A DNA stretch of 64,000 nucleotides from the NCBI RefSeq assembly GCF_009834535.1, contig NC_045697.1, positions 99,698,001 through 99,762,000 of the forward strand. The letters run 5' to 3'. Below are positions 36,359-48,377 of the stretch, piece by piece. The notes beneath the pieces were generated by a model, which did not search any database, was not told the DNA's origin, and worked only from the letters and a program-made list of their open reading frames with translations. Source of the DNA: Camelus ferus (taxonomy: Eukaryota). The translations under genes were made by a program, and so were the position numbers. Position 1 is the stretch's first letter. Each line of letters begins with the position of its first letter.

Positions 36359-37983
36359 TGCATCTATATCTTCCTTTCTTTCTTTCCTTTCTTTCTATCC
36401 ATCCATCCACCCATCTACCTACCTACCTACTTAAAACTTTCTCTGAAGTACAAAGAACCTGAGAATTAAAACCATGTGAAAAAGATATGAGGGAGAGCAG
36501 TGCTTATGCTGGATCAGTGGAAAGATGCCAGAATACTTGAGGTAGATTTATTAAGCGTTATTTTTATACTGTTTGTAGCTAGTAATTCTTTAATAATGCT
36601 ATGTGTAAAGGAAGTTTAATATCTTTCTTTTTTAGACTGATATCTTCACCAAGATGTAGTTTATACCTGTGTACAGAGCATTCTGTTCCCATGTTCACAC
36701 TAGTATCTGAAGTGTCACACAGTTATATTAACTGAAACTGTGAGGTAGTACACACTGATCACTGTTTTGATTGTGATTATAGTTCTAGTAGTAGACGTTT
36801 TTGTTCAATAGGTTTGGGTTCTACTGTTCAGCATTTGGAGGCATAACAATGCCTTGGATATAGTAGATGTTCAATAAATACTTGTTGAAAGAGTAACAAA
36901 ACTGACAGGTCTAAGTTCCTTCAGTGAGTAGATTAGATTGGTTAACAAATCTGTTTTCAGTAATAATCTGGTAGCATTATTTATAAATTTTGAGCACATT
37001 GCATGTGAATGAATGTTAGCTATAGAGCAGGACATGTTTCACAAGAATTTTGTGCTCTAATATTTTGGAGCCTTTTATAGAAACAAAATGTTAATATTTA
37101 TTTACTTATTTATATCCTAATTAATCTGTTTTAACCATAACCAGGAGGTGACAATGGACGTGTTTTCATTTAATCCATATTAGTGTTTCAGATACCTAGT
37201 ATTTTTCTTTAGAATTTTATGTTTAAAAAGTATTAATTGCTATATATAAAACAATGCTTTAATAATGAAGACTATTTTAAGAGATGTCTTCCTTGCTACC
37301 ATCACATAATGATGTTAGATTTTTTCATTTTGCTGTATTCTCTTTATCCATGCTTATATTTCAAATAATTTACATTAGTGTTATTATAGTCATCATAATT
37401 ATTTTTAGTAGCCACTCTATTAGAAATGGCAACTACAATTAACCAGACTCCGAATGGACAGTTTGTTGTTTCCAATTTACTGGGTTATAAATAAGGTTGA
37501 AGTAAAGATTTTTATGGATATAATTTTTTCCTTCATAATTTTCCTTGGGCTACATTTCCAAGAGTAAAATTGCTTTGTAAAAAATATTTAAATGTTTTTA
37601 TGAATCTTGTTTATTACTGCACTGCCTTCCAAAAAGATTACATGTTTATAATTTGTATCCAATATTTTGTGTTTGCTTTTCCATAATTTTTCTAGCATTG
37701 ACCATTATCTTCTTTTAGAGAAATATTTTGAGAAATATACAGTGGTATTTTACTATGCATTTCTTTGATTACCAAGAAAATCAACATTTCCTCTTGTTTA
37801 CTGAATACTTCTCTTTGTAAACTATTTGTACATATTCTTTGCTTATTTACCCACTGAGTATTTTATTCTTAGACACAGTAAAGTATGCGAAAAGGGTCCA
37901 ACTGGGTCATTTAATTTTCTTTTGAAAAACAAGCTTATATTTCATTGCTATGTATGCCTGTGTTTCTGACTTTCTTATTGCAG

Positions 37984-38040
37984 ACCATTTATCAAGAATT
38001 TTGTATCCAAGGCCCAAGATGATGAATGCTGACATGGATG
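37984..38040 (+). CDS. SCOC: SCOC shared exon: (D)HLSRILYPRPKMMNADMD; short-isoform ATG at 38019
   Basis: Acceptor tttcttattgcag|, donor ATG|gtatgt after 38040; MMNADMD is the SCOC core N-terminus. Confidence 0.95.
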
Positions 38041-38415
38041 GTATGTTCTTTGTTTTCCTTTCTGTATGTTCCTGGTTTTGTGGAACATACACTGCTTTAT
38101 TAAGCAATGGAAAGAACAGAGAAGCAATATTTAGAAGGCTTGGATCTTGTGCAATTTACCTATTTATAATCCCATATAGTTCTAGAAAGGATATAAGGCA
38201 ACTTCCATTCCTTAACTGTGAGATGTTGGCAAAACATTTTGCCTTCACCTTGGTGTCCTTATCTGCAATGTGGGATATAACCTTTTACTTCATAGGGCTC
38301 TTGTATAAGTCTAATAAGATAATGAATGTAAAACATTTTACAGATTTTTAAGTGCTATACTACGCAAATGGTAGCTAATGTTAATTAATAGTAAATCTGA
38401 ACCTTTTTATTACAG

Positions 38416-38499
38416 CAGTTGATGCTGAAAATCAGGTGGAACTGGAGGAAAAAACACGACTTATTAATCAAGTGTTGGAACTCCAACACACACTTGAAG
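38416..38499 (+). CDS. SCOC: SCOC coding exon: (A)VDAENQVELEEKTRLINQVLELQHTLE
   Basis: Acceptor ttttattacag|cag, donor AAG|gttagc, 84 nt, phase 1/1; SCOC coiled-coil sequence. Confidence 0.97.
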
Positions 38500-38959
38500 G
38501 TTAGCTTGTATTTTGTAGTTTTCTTGACTAACATCCAGGTAATTGAAATTGTAAGCATTTATGTTGCTAAATTTTGTGTTTTACTGTGCACAGTTTTTAA
38601 AAGTATAAACTTCAAGTCTACTTCAATAGTTTTTTTCCCCTCCTGCCAGTAGCTTTGGCTGGTCAGTTTAAAGAACAGAGATGTTTCAATAAGAAAGTCA
38701 GTGTTCTTATGCTTCCCTCTTTAAGGTCTGACCTAATATGAGAGCCCTTTTAAGTCCCCTCACTGTTATACTAAGTCCACTTTAATAAAGCTTATATGAA
38801 AGTAAGAATAGCACATTAGCCTCAAAAATGAAAAGGGAATTGATCTGAGTTTTTTCATTTTCTGAATGTCTCGCATTAAATTAATTCTACCACTGAAATA
38901 TACTTTGGTTTTTAAGGAAATTAAGGGATTGTGGTTTGCTTTGTTTGTTTTTGAAATCA

Positions 38960-39482
38960 GATTGAACAGATCATGTCACTCCAGTAGCTTCCCGTTTCAC
39001 AGTTAATGAAAGCCAGGTTACTCTGTAGAAGTCTCTTACTTTCCTTTTACTTTCAGACTCCAGTCACACTCTCTGACTCATACATCCTGCCTCAGACACT
39101 CCAACCTCCTTGCTATTCTTTCATTAAGCCTCTAACTCAGAGTCTTGGCAGTTGCTGTTCCCTGTGCTTGAATCTTTTCCCTTGATCATTTGCGTGTCAG
39201 TATGGCTCATTCCCTCACTTCCTTTAGATCTCTGGTGAAATTTCCTTAATCAAAATAGCTATCCCTGACTATACTATATAAAAGAACAGCTTTCCTTTTG
39301 CTTCCTATGACCCTTACCTTTCTTGTTTTTTCTCCTGATCCCTTACACGCCCTGAGCCCCATTAATGCACCTGTGCCCACATGCACATTAAATGTAAACT
39401 CTGAAAGGGCAGGGACCTTTCTTTTTTGTTACTATTGCCTCTAGACCAGTGCCTGTTACAGGCACTTAATACTTACTGAATG
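38960..39482 (-). mobile_element. L2 LINE 3' fragment
   Basis: cagatcatgtcactcc…gctcattccctcacttcctttagatct…atgtaaactctgaaagggcagggacc…aatacttactgaatga. Confidence 0.7.
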
Positions 39483-39997
39483 ACTTAGAAGGCAGCCAAT
39501 CCTTACTGAATGGAGGTAATATCTTTTTTTATCATCAAGAACTGCTATTTTGAATTTCTTGCTAATGTGAAAATACATAATGATCAGTTGGAAACTGACT
39601 GCCTATATCCAGTATGTGAATTCAGTTATGTTCACCTACTACATTTTCTTAAACATTTCTGTAAAGACATTATGGTTTTATGATGGTAAGATATGGACCA
39701 AAATTCACATTTTTAAAACTGTATTTTTAAAAATAACCATTTTAAGAATTAACTACTTAACAAAAATGCTGTTTACAAAGAATAACATTTAATCTAATGT
39801 GACATCTCTTTGTAGGAATTTTGACTATTGATTGGTACTCAGTTCACTTTGTTTAACTTCTAAATTAGCCTGAATTTAAAAGCAGAAAATTTAAGGACTG
39901 TGGTATTTCTTTTAAGAATGAATCTTAATAAGCACTTTATAATGTGGCATCATTGCCATCATTTTATTGATAATACGCTTTTTTATTTTTAATATAG

Positions 39998-40140
39998 ATC
40001 TCTCTGCAAGAGTAGATGCAGTTAAGGAAGAAAATCTGAAGCTAAAATCAGAAAACCAAGTTCTTGGACAATATATAGAAAACCTCATGTCAGCTTCTAG
40101 TGTTTTTCAAACAACTGACACAAAAAGCAAAAGAAAGTAA
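39998..40140 (+). CDS. SCOC: SCOC last coding exon: (D)[46 protein letters not shown]
   Basis: Acceptor ttttaatatag|, stop TAA at 40138-40140. 22+84+143 = 249 nt = 82 aa + stop, the SCOC core. Confidence 0.97.
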
Positions 40141-41546
40141 GGGATTATCCCTTATGTTTTATGGAATTGCTGCTGATCATTTTTTTCTTTAAAACTTGGA
40201 TAGATTCCAGACGTTATAATACTTTTGTTTGTGGCTTCACTGAGTATTTATGAAGATAATGTCAGATCTAGGCAAAATTAAGAGCATAACAGAAAACTCC
40301 CATGAGTTTGTGTATTATGTTAGTCTATGAAAACGTGCAAATGTGCTGTAGAGACTTTATAATTAGAAATGCATATATTTATGAAACTTGAAAATGAATG
40401 TTTTATCATATTTGCTTTGACTTACAGGTTTAGCACTGACTTTATTATAGGCATAGTTAGAGATACAAGAAAATAACCACCGTGTTGTGAAAAAGTGACC
40501 AAAATCATGTACTGAGTGCACAGCTTTATGTACCCTGTCCACCATTGTGTGCCTCTTCTCCGTTTGCTTTCTTCTCATTTTCCTTCCCCAAGGAAAAAAT
40601 TGGTTTCACATTTGTAAAAAGTAATTTCTATAGTTAATCATATAGGGAGTAATCTGAACTCTAACTGTAAACTTAACCAAAATAAGATACTTTCTCAGTT
40701 AGGGCTTATTTGTTGTATTTAGGAGTAAGATAGGATAGTTGTTTCTCTTTAATCAGTGAAAACGGAGGCTATAAAAATGAAGATTTTTCTTTGAATTGTC
40801 AAATGGGGAAGATTTGTTGTTAAAGACTTCCCTTGCACAAAGCTACCCACTTGGTTTTCTGAAAAGATGTGCTCTGGTTGTGTGTGTGTTTGAAATTTTA
40901 AAATTTGAGGAAAAATAGAAATAGGGTGTGAAAAGTACTTGGTAAATACTTGTAACGGATTCCAAATGTTTCTACTTCAGATTTGTGTTAATCTCTGGCA
41001 CAGATTAGATTTGGGAATATATAAGAAAATGGACTGTTTGGCTAACATTATGTAAACAAGACCTGGAAGAGAACAAAGTTTGTTCTCAGGTTTATTTGTA
41101 GTACCCAGCAGATCAACTTTGCAAAATCCCTTAAGAGTGTGTTAGTATCAAAATCATGAATAAAATGGGAGAGTTTTACATGTATATTAATTGATGCTTT
41201 CTCAGTATTTTATCTCACTACTTAGAATCTTCTGTAAACCCAGCTGCTGGTTTGCAAAGTTTTAGTCATTTAACAGTTTTTTTAAATTTAGTTTGTAGAT
41301 TCCATTTGGTAAGGAAATGAGTATCACGAGTAATGTTAAAGTGTTAGACAGGAAAAGAGATCCACTAATATAGCTTATGGTTACTAAATTTAGGCTAATC
41401 ATGAAGTAATCTTATGTTTGTATTGGTATAAGATTTGATGACTTTAGCTGTATGAATATATAATAGTCATACGCAAACATTTTGCATCCCTTTGTGACCT
41501 AATTTTCAAACATTTAAAATTGTGTTGCAGTTATGCTTTGCTGTTT

Positions 41547-41552
41547 AATAAA
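41547..41552 (+). terminator. Probable SCOC polyadenylation signal (3' UTR ~1.4 kb)
   Basis: AATAAA followed ~18 nt later by a GT/T-rich element (gtgtgtgtttt); another AATAAA at 41159-41164. Confidence 0.7.
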
Positions 41553-41861
41553 AAGGCTGTTTCAAAAATTGTGTGTGTTTTGATATAGTTGCCAAAGTAA
41601 CTGGCTGCAGTGGTGTATTCAGGGTTGTTCAAAGCCACAAGATAAGTAACGTATCTTATTTTTAAGTACCAGTTGCTAGATGTTTAAGGGAATACTATTT
41701 TTTATTAAAACAAATATAGGATATTATATATTAATTCAAAAAATAAAAGCAAAGAATTCAAAGGATCCAAGATTGCCAAAGTAATGGTGGTTGCATTTTT
41801 TAAGTTAGGCTAAGCTCTTGCAATGAGACACAGAGATAAAAAAACATAAAATAATATAGAA

Positions 41862-42143
41862 TACAGACTCACAGACATAGAAAACAAGCTACGGCTACCA
41901 GGGGAGAAAGGGGGTGGGGAGGGATAAACTGGAAGTTCTGGATTTGGAGATACTACCATATATAAAGTAGATAAACAAGATCCTACTGTATAGCACAGGG
42001 AACTATATTCAGTATCTTGCAATGGCCTATAATGAAAAAATATGGAAAGGAATCTCTATGTATATGTAAGTATAAATGAATCACTATGCTATATACCAGA
42101 AATTAACACAACATTGTAAATTGACTATACTTCAATTAAAAAA
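41862..42143 (+). mobile_element. L1 3' UTR terminus (same family as 22458-23247)
   Basis: Shares acagactcacagacatagaaaacaagct and ctgtatagcacagggaactatattca with 23042-23246; ends ttgactatacttcaattaaaaaa. Confidence 0.88.
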
Positions 42144-42199
42144 TTTTTTTAATGTTTCTCATCCAACTAATGGTTCTGAGGTAAGCACGGTAAACCAGT

Positions 42200-43690
42200 A
42201 GGCTTTGTGAGCTAAGGATGGCCCTGCCATTTTCAAACATGGCTTCCAAGTCACTAATTATCACCATTATAATTTGCAGAAAAAGTGCATGGTGCATATA
42301 TGCAGGGTTTTATGGGCTGGGCCTGCCTGGAAATGGCTCATATGTCTTCTCACATTCCAGTGGGTCGGGATTTAGTTACACCTAGATGCAAGAATTGCTG
42401 AGAAATGTCGTTCCTAGCTGGAAGCCATATTCCAGCTATAAATTTACTGTGGAAATGGATATTGGTGGTACCTAGAAGCATCAGCCACAGCCCCCTTCTC
42501 TTGCTGTTAAGTATCTTTGCCCAACCTTTTTCCCATATACAGAACATACTTAACCTCTCCTTTTCCAGTTACTGATTCAGCTCAAAATCCAGGGTCTCTA
42601 TCAAGGTCTGTCAGTTGTAGATGTGGCTTCTAGTAGTCTGACAACCACTAAACTAGTGACAGACTATTTGCTCTGCCCATTTGTAATGGTGTAGTGGGGA
42701 TAGGATACCCAAATAACAACTCTCAATTTGGAATATGGAATAAAGGGAAACATCAATTCAAAGCAATTGTGGAATACTAGGAGAGAGACCCTGTGAAGAT
42801 TCTGTCCCATGATAGTGGATAAAGTTCCTTGATTTGACCCTGATTCTAATCTCTGGCAAAGGACTTCCCTTATTGCTCTCCATGGCTTCCCCTGTCTGGA
42901 AAGTTATTCCTTATTTACCCACACCCCGACCCTCCTGTAACTCTAAAGTTTGGGAGTGTTCCATTTATTATGGGAGTTGCAGAAACAGTCCACTTCTTGC
43001 TGATGTGATTTTGGTGCCCATCATTGGAAGGCCAAGCTCACGTTTCTTTGGCAGTACAATTCCCTCAAAAACAGCCTTGCTGTCTATATGCTTCAGTTGC
43101 ATATGCTAGGAACCACAATCAAGCTCTTTTCTAGAACAAATTCTCAAGGTATGCTTTTTCCTTTTCCTTCCTCATAGGTTTCTGCCCCTCTAATAAAGGC
43201 TACTTTGAAGTCAACTGAAAATAAGACTGCACTGGGAATGCAACACCCAAGTATCACTGCAGGGCTGGGTTCTTTTTTTTGGCTTAACACTTGGCAGAAA
43301 AGTTTTAACTGGGCTTCCCCTTCCACCTCCCATACCTCAAAAATAAAACCATTTTGAATTTTTTTCTGCTTTCAGGGTACAGAAACAATTAGCTTTTCTA
43401 ATCATGTGAGGTAGCTAATATAATGATCTTTCTCTATTTCCTTCCATCTCTGCTTGGAAACTGGAAAGCTCCTTCTTGTGATACCTTGCTAAAAAGCATA
43501 AGGGAACAGCCAGTTTATTTCACATTCTGGCTTTTCCAGCTGCTACCCCTACAGCTGTTAAATCAGAAGGTGACAAAATGTTACCCGAAATACATGCCCC
43601 ACTTGCTTGTTATATGAATGGTAAACCAGCGCTACACATTTTGTTTTCATTACAGCAATGTCCTTCAGGATATCAATTTCTATAATAGAA
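42200..43690 (-). mobile_element. MaLR (MLT1J/K-like) LTR plus internal sequence
   Basis: LTR-like stretch ending …tattggtggtacctagaagcatcagccaca at ~42489, followed by MLT-int-like sequence to ~43685. Confidence 0.5.
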
Positions 43691-43733
43691 ATACAGGCGG
43701 TAAACAGTATGCACAGGGACTGTGCGTAGCTTC

Positions 43734-44152
43734 TGATAAAGACTCCTCAACCAAACTTTAGCCATGTTCTTCTGAGTCCTCTTTCTGACTAGAGCTCATC
43801 TTAGGCCCTGTCTTCAGCCTGCTTAGTCCAGTTTTAGTAAAAATCCTGCTGAGTCAGTTTAGAGAAATCCCCCACCCTCAGAATCTGATCACCCTGCCTG
43901 TCTTGAGCAAGAATCCTGTTAAATCAGCATAGCAAGCATCTCCCTACCCCTGATGTCTCCTCTTAGTAATTTTCTATCCACCTCCCTGCCCCAACTCTGC
44001 ACAATAACTAAAAATTCCCAGCTGTCTTCACTGTATTTGGAGGTGCGCCCCATCTCTCTCCCCTGTTGCAATATTCTTGCCCCCTATTGCAACATCCCTG
44101 AATAGTCTTTCTTACTGTTTTAACCAATGTCAGAATAAATTTTTCTTTAAAT
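43734..44152 (+). mobile_element. Solo ERV1-type LTR (MER34/MER39-like)
   Basis: Starts tgataaagactcctcaacc, has an internal repeat aatcctgctgagtcagttta / aatcctgttaaatcagcata, ends gaataaatttttctttaa. Confidence 0.6.
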
Positions 44153-44321
44153 ACTTCCTAGTTCCAAATGCTGGTGGAATGATAATTGGCAGGGAAAATC
44201 ACCATACTCCTTTTCCTCAGGGTCTACCTGTAGAACTTCCCTCAATACATACATTAGCATTCCATCCAAAATCTGTCCTCTATAGTCACTTTGGACTTTA
44301 CTTATAGCAAGTTAATAAAGC

Positions 44322-44600
44322 TCACAATCCCTTATCTGGAACTCTTGGGGTCAGATGTTTCAGAATTTGGAATTTTTCAGATTTCATAAAGTATTATGAC
44401 TCAAACACCAATACAGTTTGGGCAACACCTGTAATCAAATACATTAACATTTTTGTAGCAAAATATATTAATTTAGTACTAAGTGTGATAAATACACTAT
44501 ATATAGCCTATCAGGGAGGTCAGGTTTGGCTGCCAAATGAGTTTTGATGTCAAACATGAAAAAACTTTCGATTTTCAGAGATTTTTGGAATTTGGAATTG
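44322..44600. mobile_element. MER46C-like Tigger MITE
   Basis: cacaatcccttatctggaactcttggggtcagatgtttcagaatttggaatttttcagattt. Confidence 0.65.
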
Positions 44601-47054
44601 TTCACGTAACAAGAAAATTTGCAGAAAAGCAACCAAAATCATCTAAGCATGCAGTTCCAACCAATTCATGATACCACATTTATATCCTTGTCCATTACTC
44701 TTCCCTCTGATCTAGTCCCTTTTCCAAAAGAAAGATGAAAGGTGAATTACATATTCTAGAATTTTATGGTCCAAAACAAAGCAAAATTGATCTTAATTCT
44801 TTAGAATGGAGTCTTTCTTTACTTTCCCCAATAATTTTGTTTTTTCCTATCTTGAGTTAACAACTTCTAATGGTTGTTGTATTTCTTTAATGCTGATATA
44901 ATCAAAATTACCAACAAAGACCTGAGATTACTTTAGCTGTTAAGACAATTTGTAAATCACTAAAGAATAGAGAATGTGATTACATGAAAGGTCAAAATTG
45001 GAAGAGTGAGTTAACTACCTCTTAGCTAATCTACCCCCCCAAAAAGCTACAGTTTATTTCACTTAAATCATAGAGATGAATTGTATATAAGGACATTTTC
45101 TATAACAAGGTCTTTACATTGGCCTTAGGACCTAATTTACCATATATTGAAGGGGGTGTTGAGGAGTGATGACAGAAGCTAAAGTAATATATAGTAATCA
45201 CTTGTATAATGTATTTACCTTGTTTTAAATTTTCTGTATTATCTATAGATGGCTTATCAAATGTTTAAGTAATTAAAACTTGAAATTACTTCCAAATTTT
45301 ACAAAGAAAGTAAAATTCTATTTATTTAACAAACACAAAATAAATGGTAAGATACTTTGTTAGGTGTTAAACGATAATTTTAAAAATTATCCTGTTCTTC
45401 ATTTTCCCTAAAATTACCATTGCTCTTCCATGCATTTGGATCGCTGCAAACTCCAAATGCATTCAAAAATACATTTTCTCTTCCATCAACCTACTTCATC
45501 TGACCTGTCAGATTAGGGGTAATTTTATTTCCTAAACTCCTCACAGCTGTCATACTAAGGGAATAAGAGCTATAATTTGGGAAGAGATTATTAAAATTAA
45601 TGTAGAAATGCCATTATTATGTTTAAATAAATTCTTTACATGAGATTTAAATAGTTATCTGGTATCAGCCATGTGATATTTCATCTCTAAATCCTGCTGA
45701 AGTTAAAACATAGCCACAGTTGAAAAGAGAATGAATAAACTTCATAGATGCCTAGAGTGTAATATATTAATATTTTAAACTATTCATAATAGTTTTCAAT
45801 GAAAACTATTAATTTTCTAAAGTAGTATTCTGAACTGCTAAGGTACATTAAATTCATTGCTAATAGTTAATTTAAACATGTAATAAGCAATTTCATCCTC
45901 TGTCTCTTGGAAATGTAGACTGGCTCTTAGTTCTTGTAATATGTATCTTTCTAAAGAATGACCAATGAAAGCAAGGCTACCTTAAAAAAATGTTCAAGAA
46001 AAAGGAAGCTACTTTGCTTGGTCAAATTAAAAAGCCTCTAGAAAAGCCAACTAAAATAAAGAGCAAAATACATTCATTTTCTCCTTTTTTAGAGAAAAGG
46101 ATAGAACTTAAATCATCTTAATAAAGTCAGATTAGGGTGGTAAAAGGAAAAAGCCATCCTGTTATTAAGGAAGACAATGCTTTGTCTACTACATGGACCT
46201 AGTACACATATTTATAAAGTTTAAGTTCGGGTTAAACTTTTCAGCCATGGTGCATCCACAGAGGGGACATCCACAGGTAGGAGCAGTGAACTGGCAAAAC
46301 CGGTTGCTCAGATTTTACCACTGCAGGCTCATGGAGTTTAACCAAATGTTAAAGTTAAAATGAATCTGCAACCAAGAAAGTAAAAAAGAGCTTTAATAAA
46401 TCTTTAAAAAAAGATCACTTACAAGACACTTACCAGGAAAGGAGGTTTCCATAAAAATAAGAACGGATTTACCCCATGAAGTAGTAGTTTACTTTCAGAA
46501 ACATTCTCATCTAGAATTACTCAATGTCTAGTTCACTTCGACATTCCAAATGCAGAGTAAGAAAGGGAATCCTTGCAAGATGTATTAAGTTCAGTTAGTA
46601 TTAAATACAAAGTATGGTTAACTGTGTATTAAGATTTTCCATCACTAATTTATGGAAAGTTCAGAACACAGCAATGGAATAAAGCACTTATTTTCATTTT
46701 CAATTCACTCCCTGAAATAGAGTGAATAGTGACTATACTGGCTATATTTGGCTTCCTTTAGTCAGAGGAGAAGCTAGAGACTCATTTTCCTTATACATAA
46801 GCTCTAAAATGTACTACTGGGAAGGGGGCTGGATGGGAAGGGGCCCAAGGATGCAGTTGTATGTCTATGAAGGAATCCGAAACATTACCCAACTAGTATA
46901 GACTTCTCTAGACAGTAGTGAAGTAGTTCCATGGTCTCAAAGATTTACATCACCTTCCAAAGCGTCTGTCACCCAAACATGAAAAACTCTTAGTATATGT
47001 TAAATGGAACAATACAGCTCCACTATAATGTAGTTCTGTGGCTTTTGGTAACTA

Positions 47055-47275
47055 CAGTCTTCCCTTGGTATCCATGGGGGATTGGTTCCAGGGCCCGTGG
47101 CAGATACTAAAATCCACGGACGCTCAAGTCCCATAGTTGACCACCCATATTTGCAGATTCTGCATTGGAGGATTCAACCAAACATCATATAGAACCTTAG
47201 AGTTTATTGGGAAGAAAAAAATCAATGTATAACCGGACCTACACAGTTCACACCTGTGCTTTCAAGGGTCAACTG
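47055..47275. mobile_element. MER8-like Tigger MITE with TA TSDs
   Basis: ta|cagtcttcccttggtatccatgggggattggttccagg…ttcaagggtcaactg|ta. Confidence 0.8.
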
Positions 47276-47860
47276 TACTTTAAAAAGAGGAACGACATAG
47301 TTGTTATCTACCGTAGAGGCGGTTTTGAAGCTAGATGAGACAACAGACTGAAAACAGATTTGAATTTGTCAGGAAAAAAGATAAAAATACAAAGCATGAT
47401 GATCGACATTTATCAGCCATTAGAATCTCTTTAATCAAAGAAAATAAAGACTCTCCAATAATAATCTACCTATTAAAGAGGGTATCATTTAAAGATGAGA
47501 AAATATTTAAATTTTATTTTCAAGAGCAATGTAGGCATAAGCAATCTTGTGAATAGGGTAAGCCATTCTGGCATAAAACAACTATAAAAGTTTGAAAAAA
47601 AATTTGTACACCATTTCACTTTGATAAACCTCTTTTCTTTGTATTCAAATGTAAATACGCTGCACTATTAACCAGTGATTCTATGAATGACATATAGACA
47701 TTTGTTTTGTTGACCTGTTTGTCAACAAAGCACCTCTTTAAAGAATTCTATAATTTAAGTGAACAATGGACCATAACTATAATTTGACACAAACTAGGTA
47801 AATGTGGGTCACATACAAACACTTTGAATTGTTGATAGAATCAAACAACCATACAGGAAC

Positions 47861-47866
47861 TTTATT
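47861..47866 (-). terminator. Candidate CLGN polyadenylation signal
   Basis: TTTATT on + (AATAAA on -), ~430 nt past the stop, with GT-rich sequence downstream on -. Other candidates at 48095, 47900 and 47513. Confidence 0.5.
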
Positions 47867-48296
47867 GCATTTAGCCCTGTACAACAGAACAAACTGTCAT
47901 TTATTTATAGAACTACCAGTCATATTATAGTATAGCCATTTAAGAGGAATTTCCAATAACTGACTCTTCTAACAGCGGTGAAGCTGCTGCATATTATTTT
48001 GCTCTGTAGAAACTAATCTCTCCAAACTATTAAAACTGTGTAACTTCTAATGATATTAATCTCTTAAAATCTGATATGTAACATGCACCTTTCTTTTATT
48101 CTAAATTCAAAGACCAGGTAACTTCAAAGTGTTTTTTTTTTCTTTCCTGAAAAAGAAGACTAAAACAAATGTCTGAAAGAATAACATTGCTAGATAGAAG
48201 AAACAGGATGTGCAGATTGATTCAAGTTCAGTTCTGGCACACCAACTTTAGAATGCCAACTCTCTCTTTTAGGAATGAAAAATACTTAAATATACT

Positions 48297-48377
48297 TTAC
48301 TCCTTTCGTACTCTTCTTTTGCGTACTGACTTGACTGGCCCATCTCCAGATCCTGTGCTCTCATCTGCTTCTTTCAT
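48297..48377 (-). CDS. CLGN: CLGN last coding exon: MKEADESTGSGDGPVKSVRKRRVRKE*
   Basis: Acceptor tttttttcctag|, 81 nt ending in TAA; basic C-terminus typical of calnexin/calmegin. Confidence 0.95.
   Translation of the reverse strand: MKEADESTGSGDGPVKSVRKRRVRKE

Noticed and set aside
37950..38351. 133-aa ORF as a single-exon gene
   Set aside because: Read-through of the SCOC exon into intron and MIR sequence; the splice sites define 37984-38040.
47707..47730. Inverted repeat tttgttgac-ctgttt-gtcaacaaa
   Set aside because: A 9-bp AT-rich stem is expected by chance in 64 kb.
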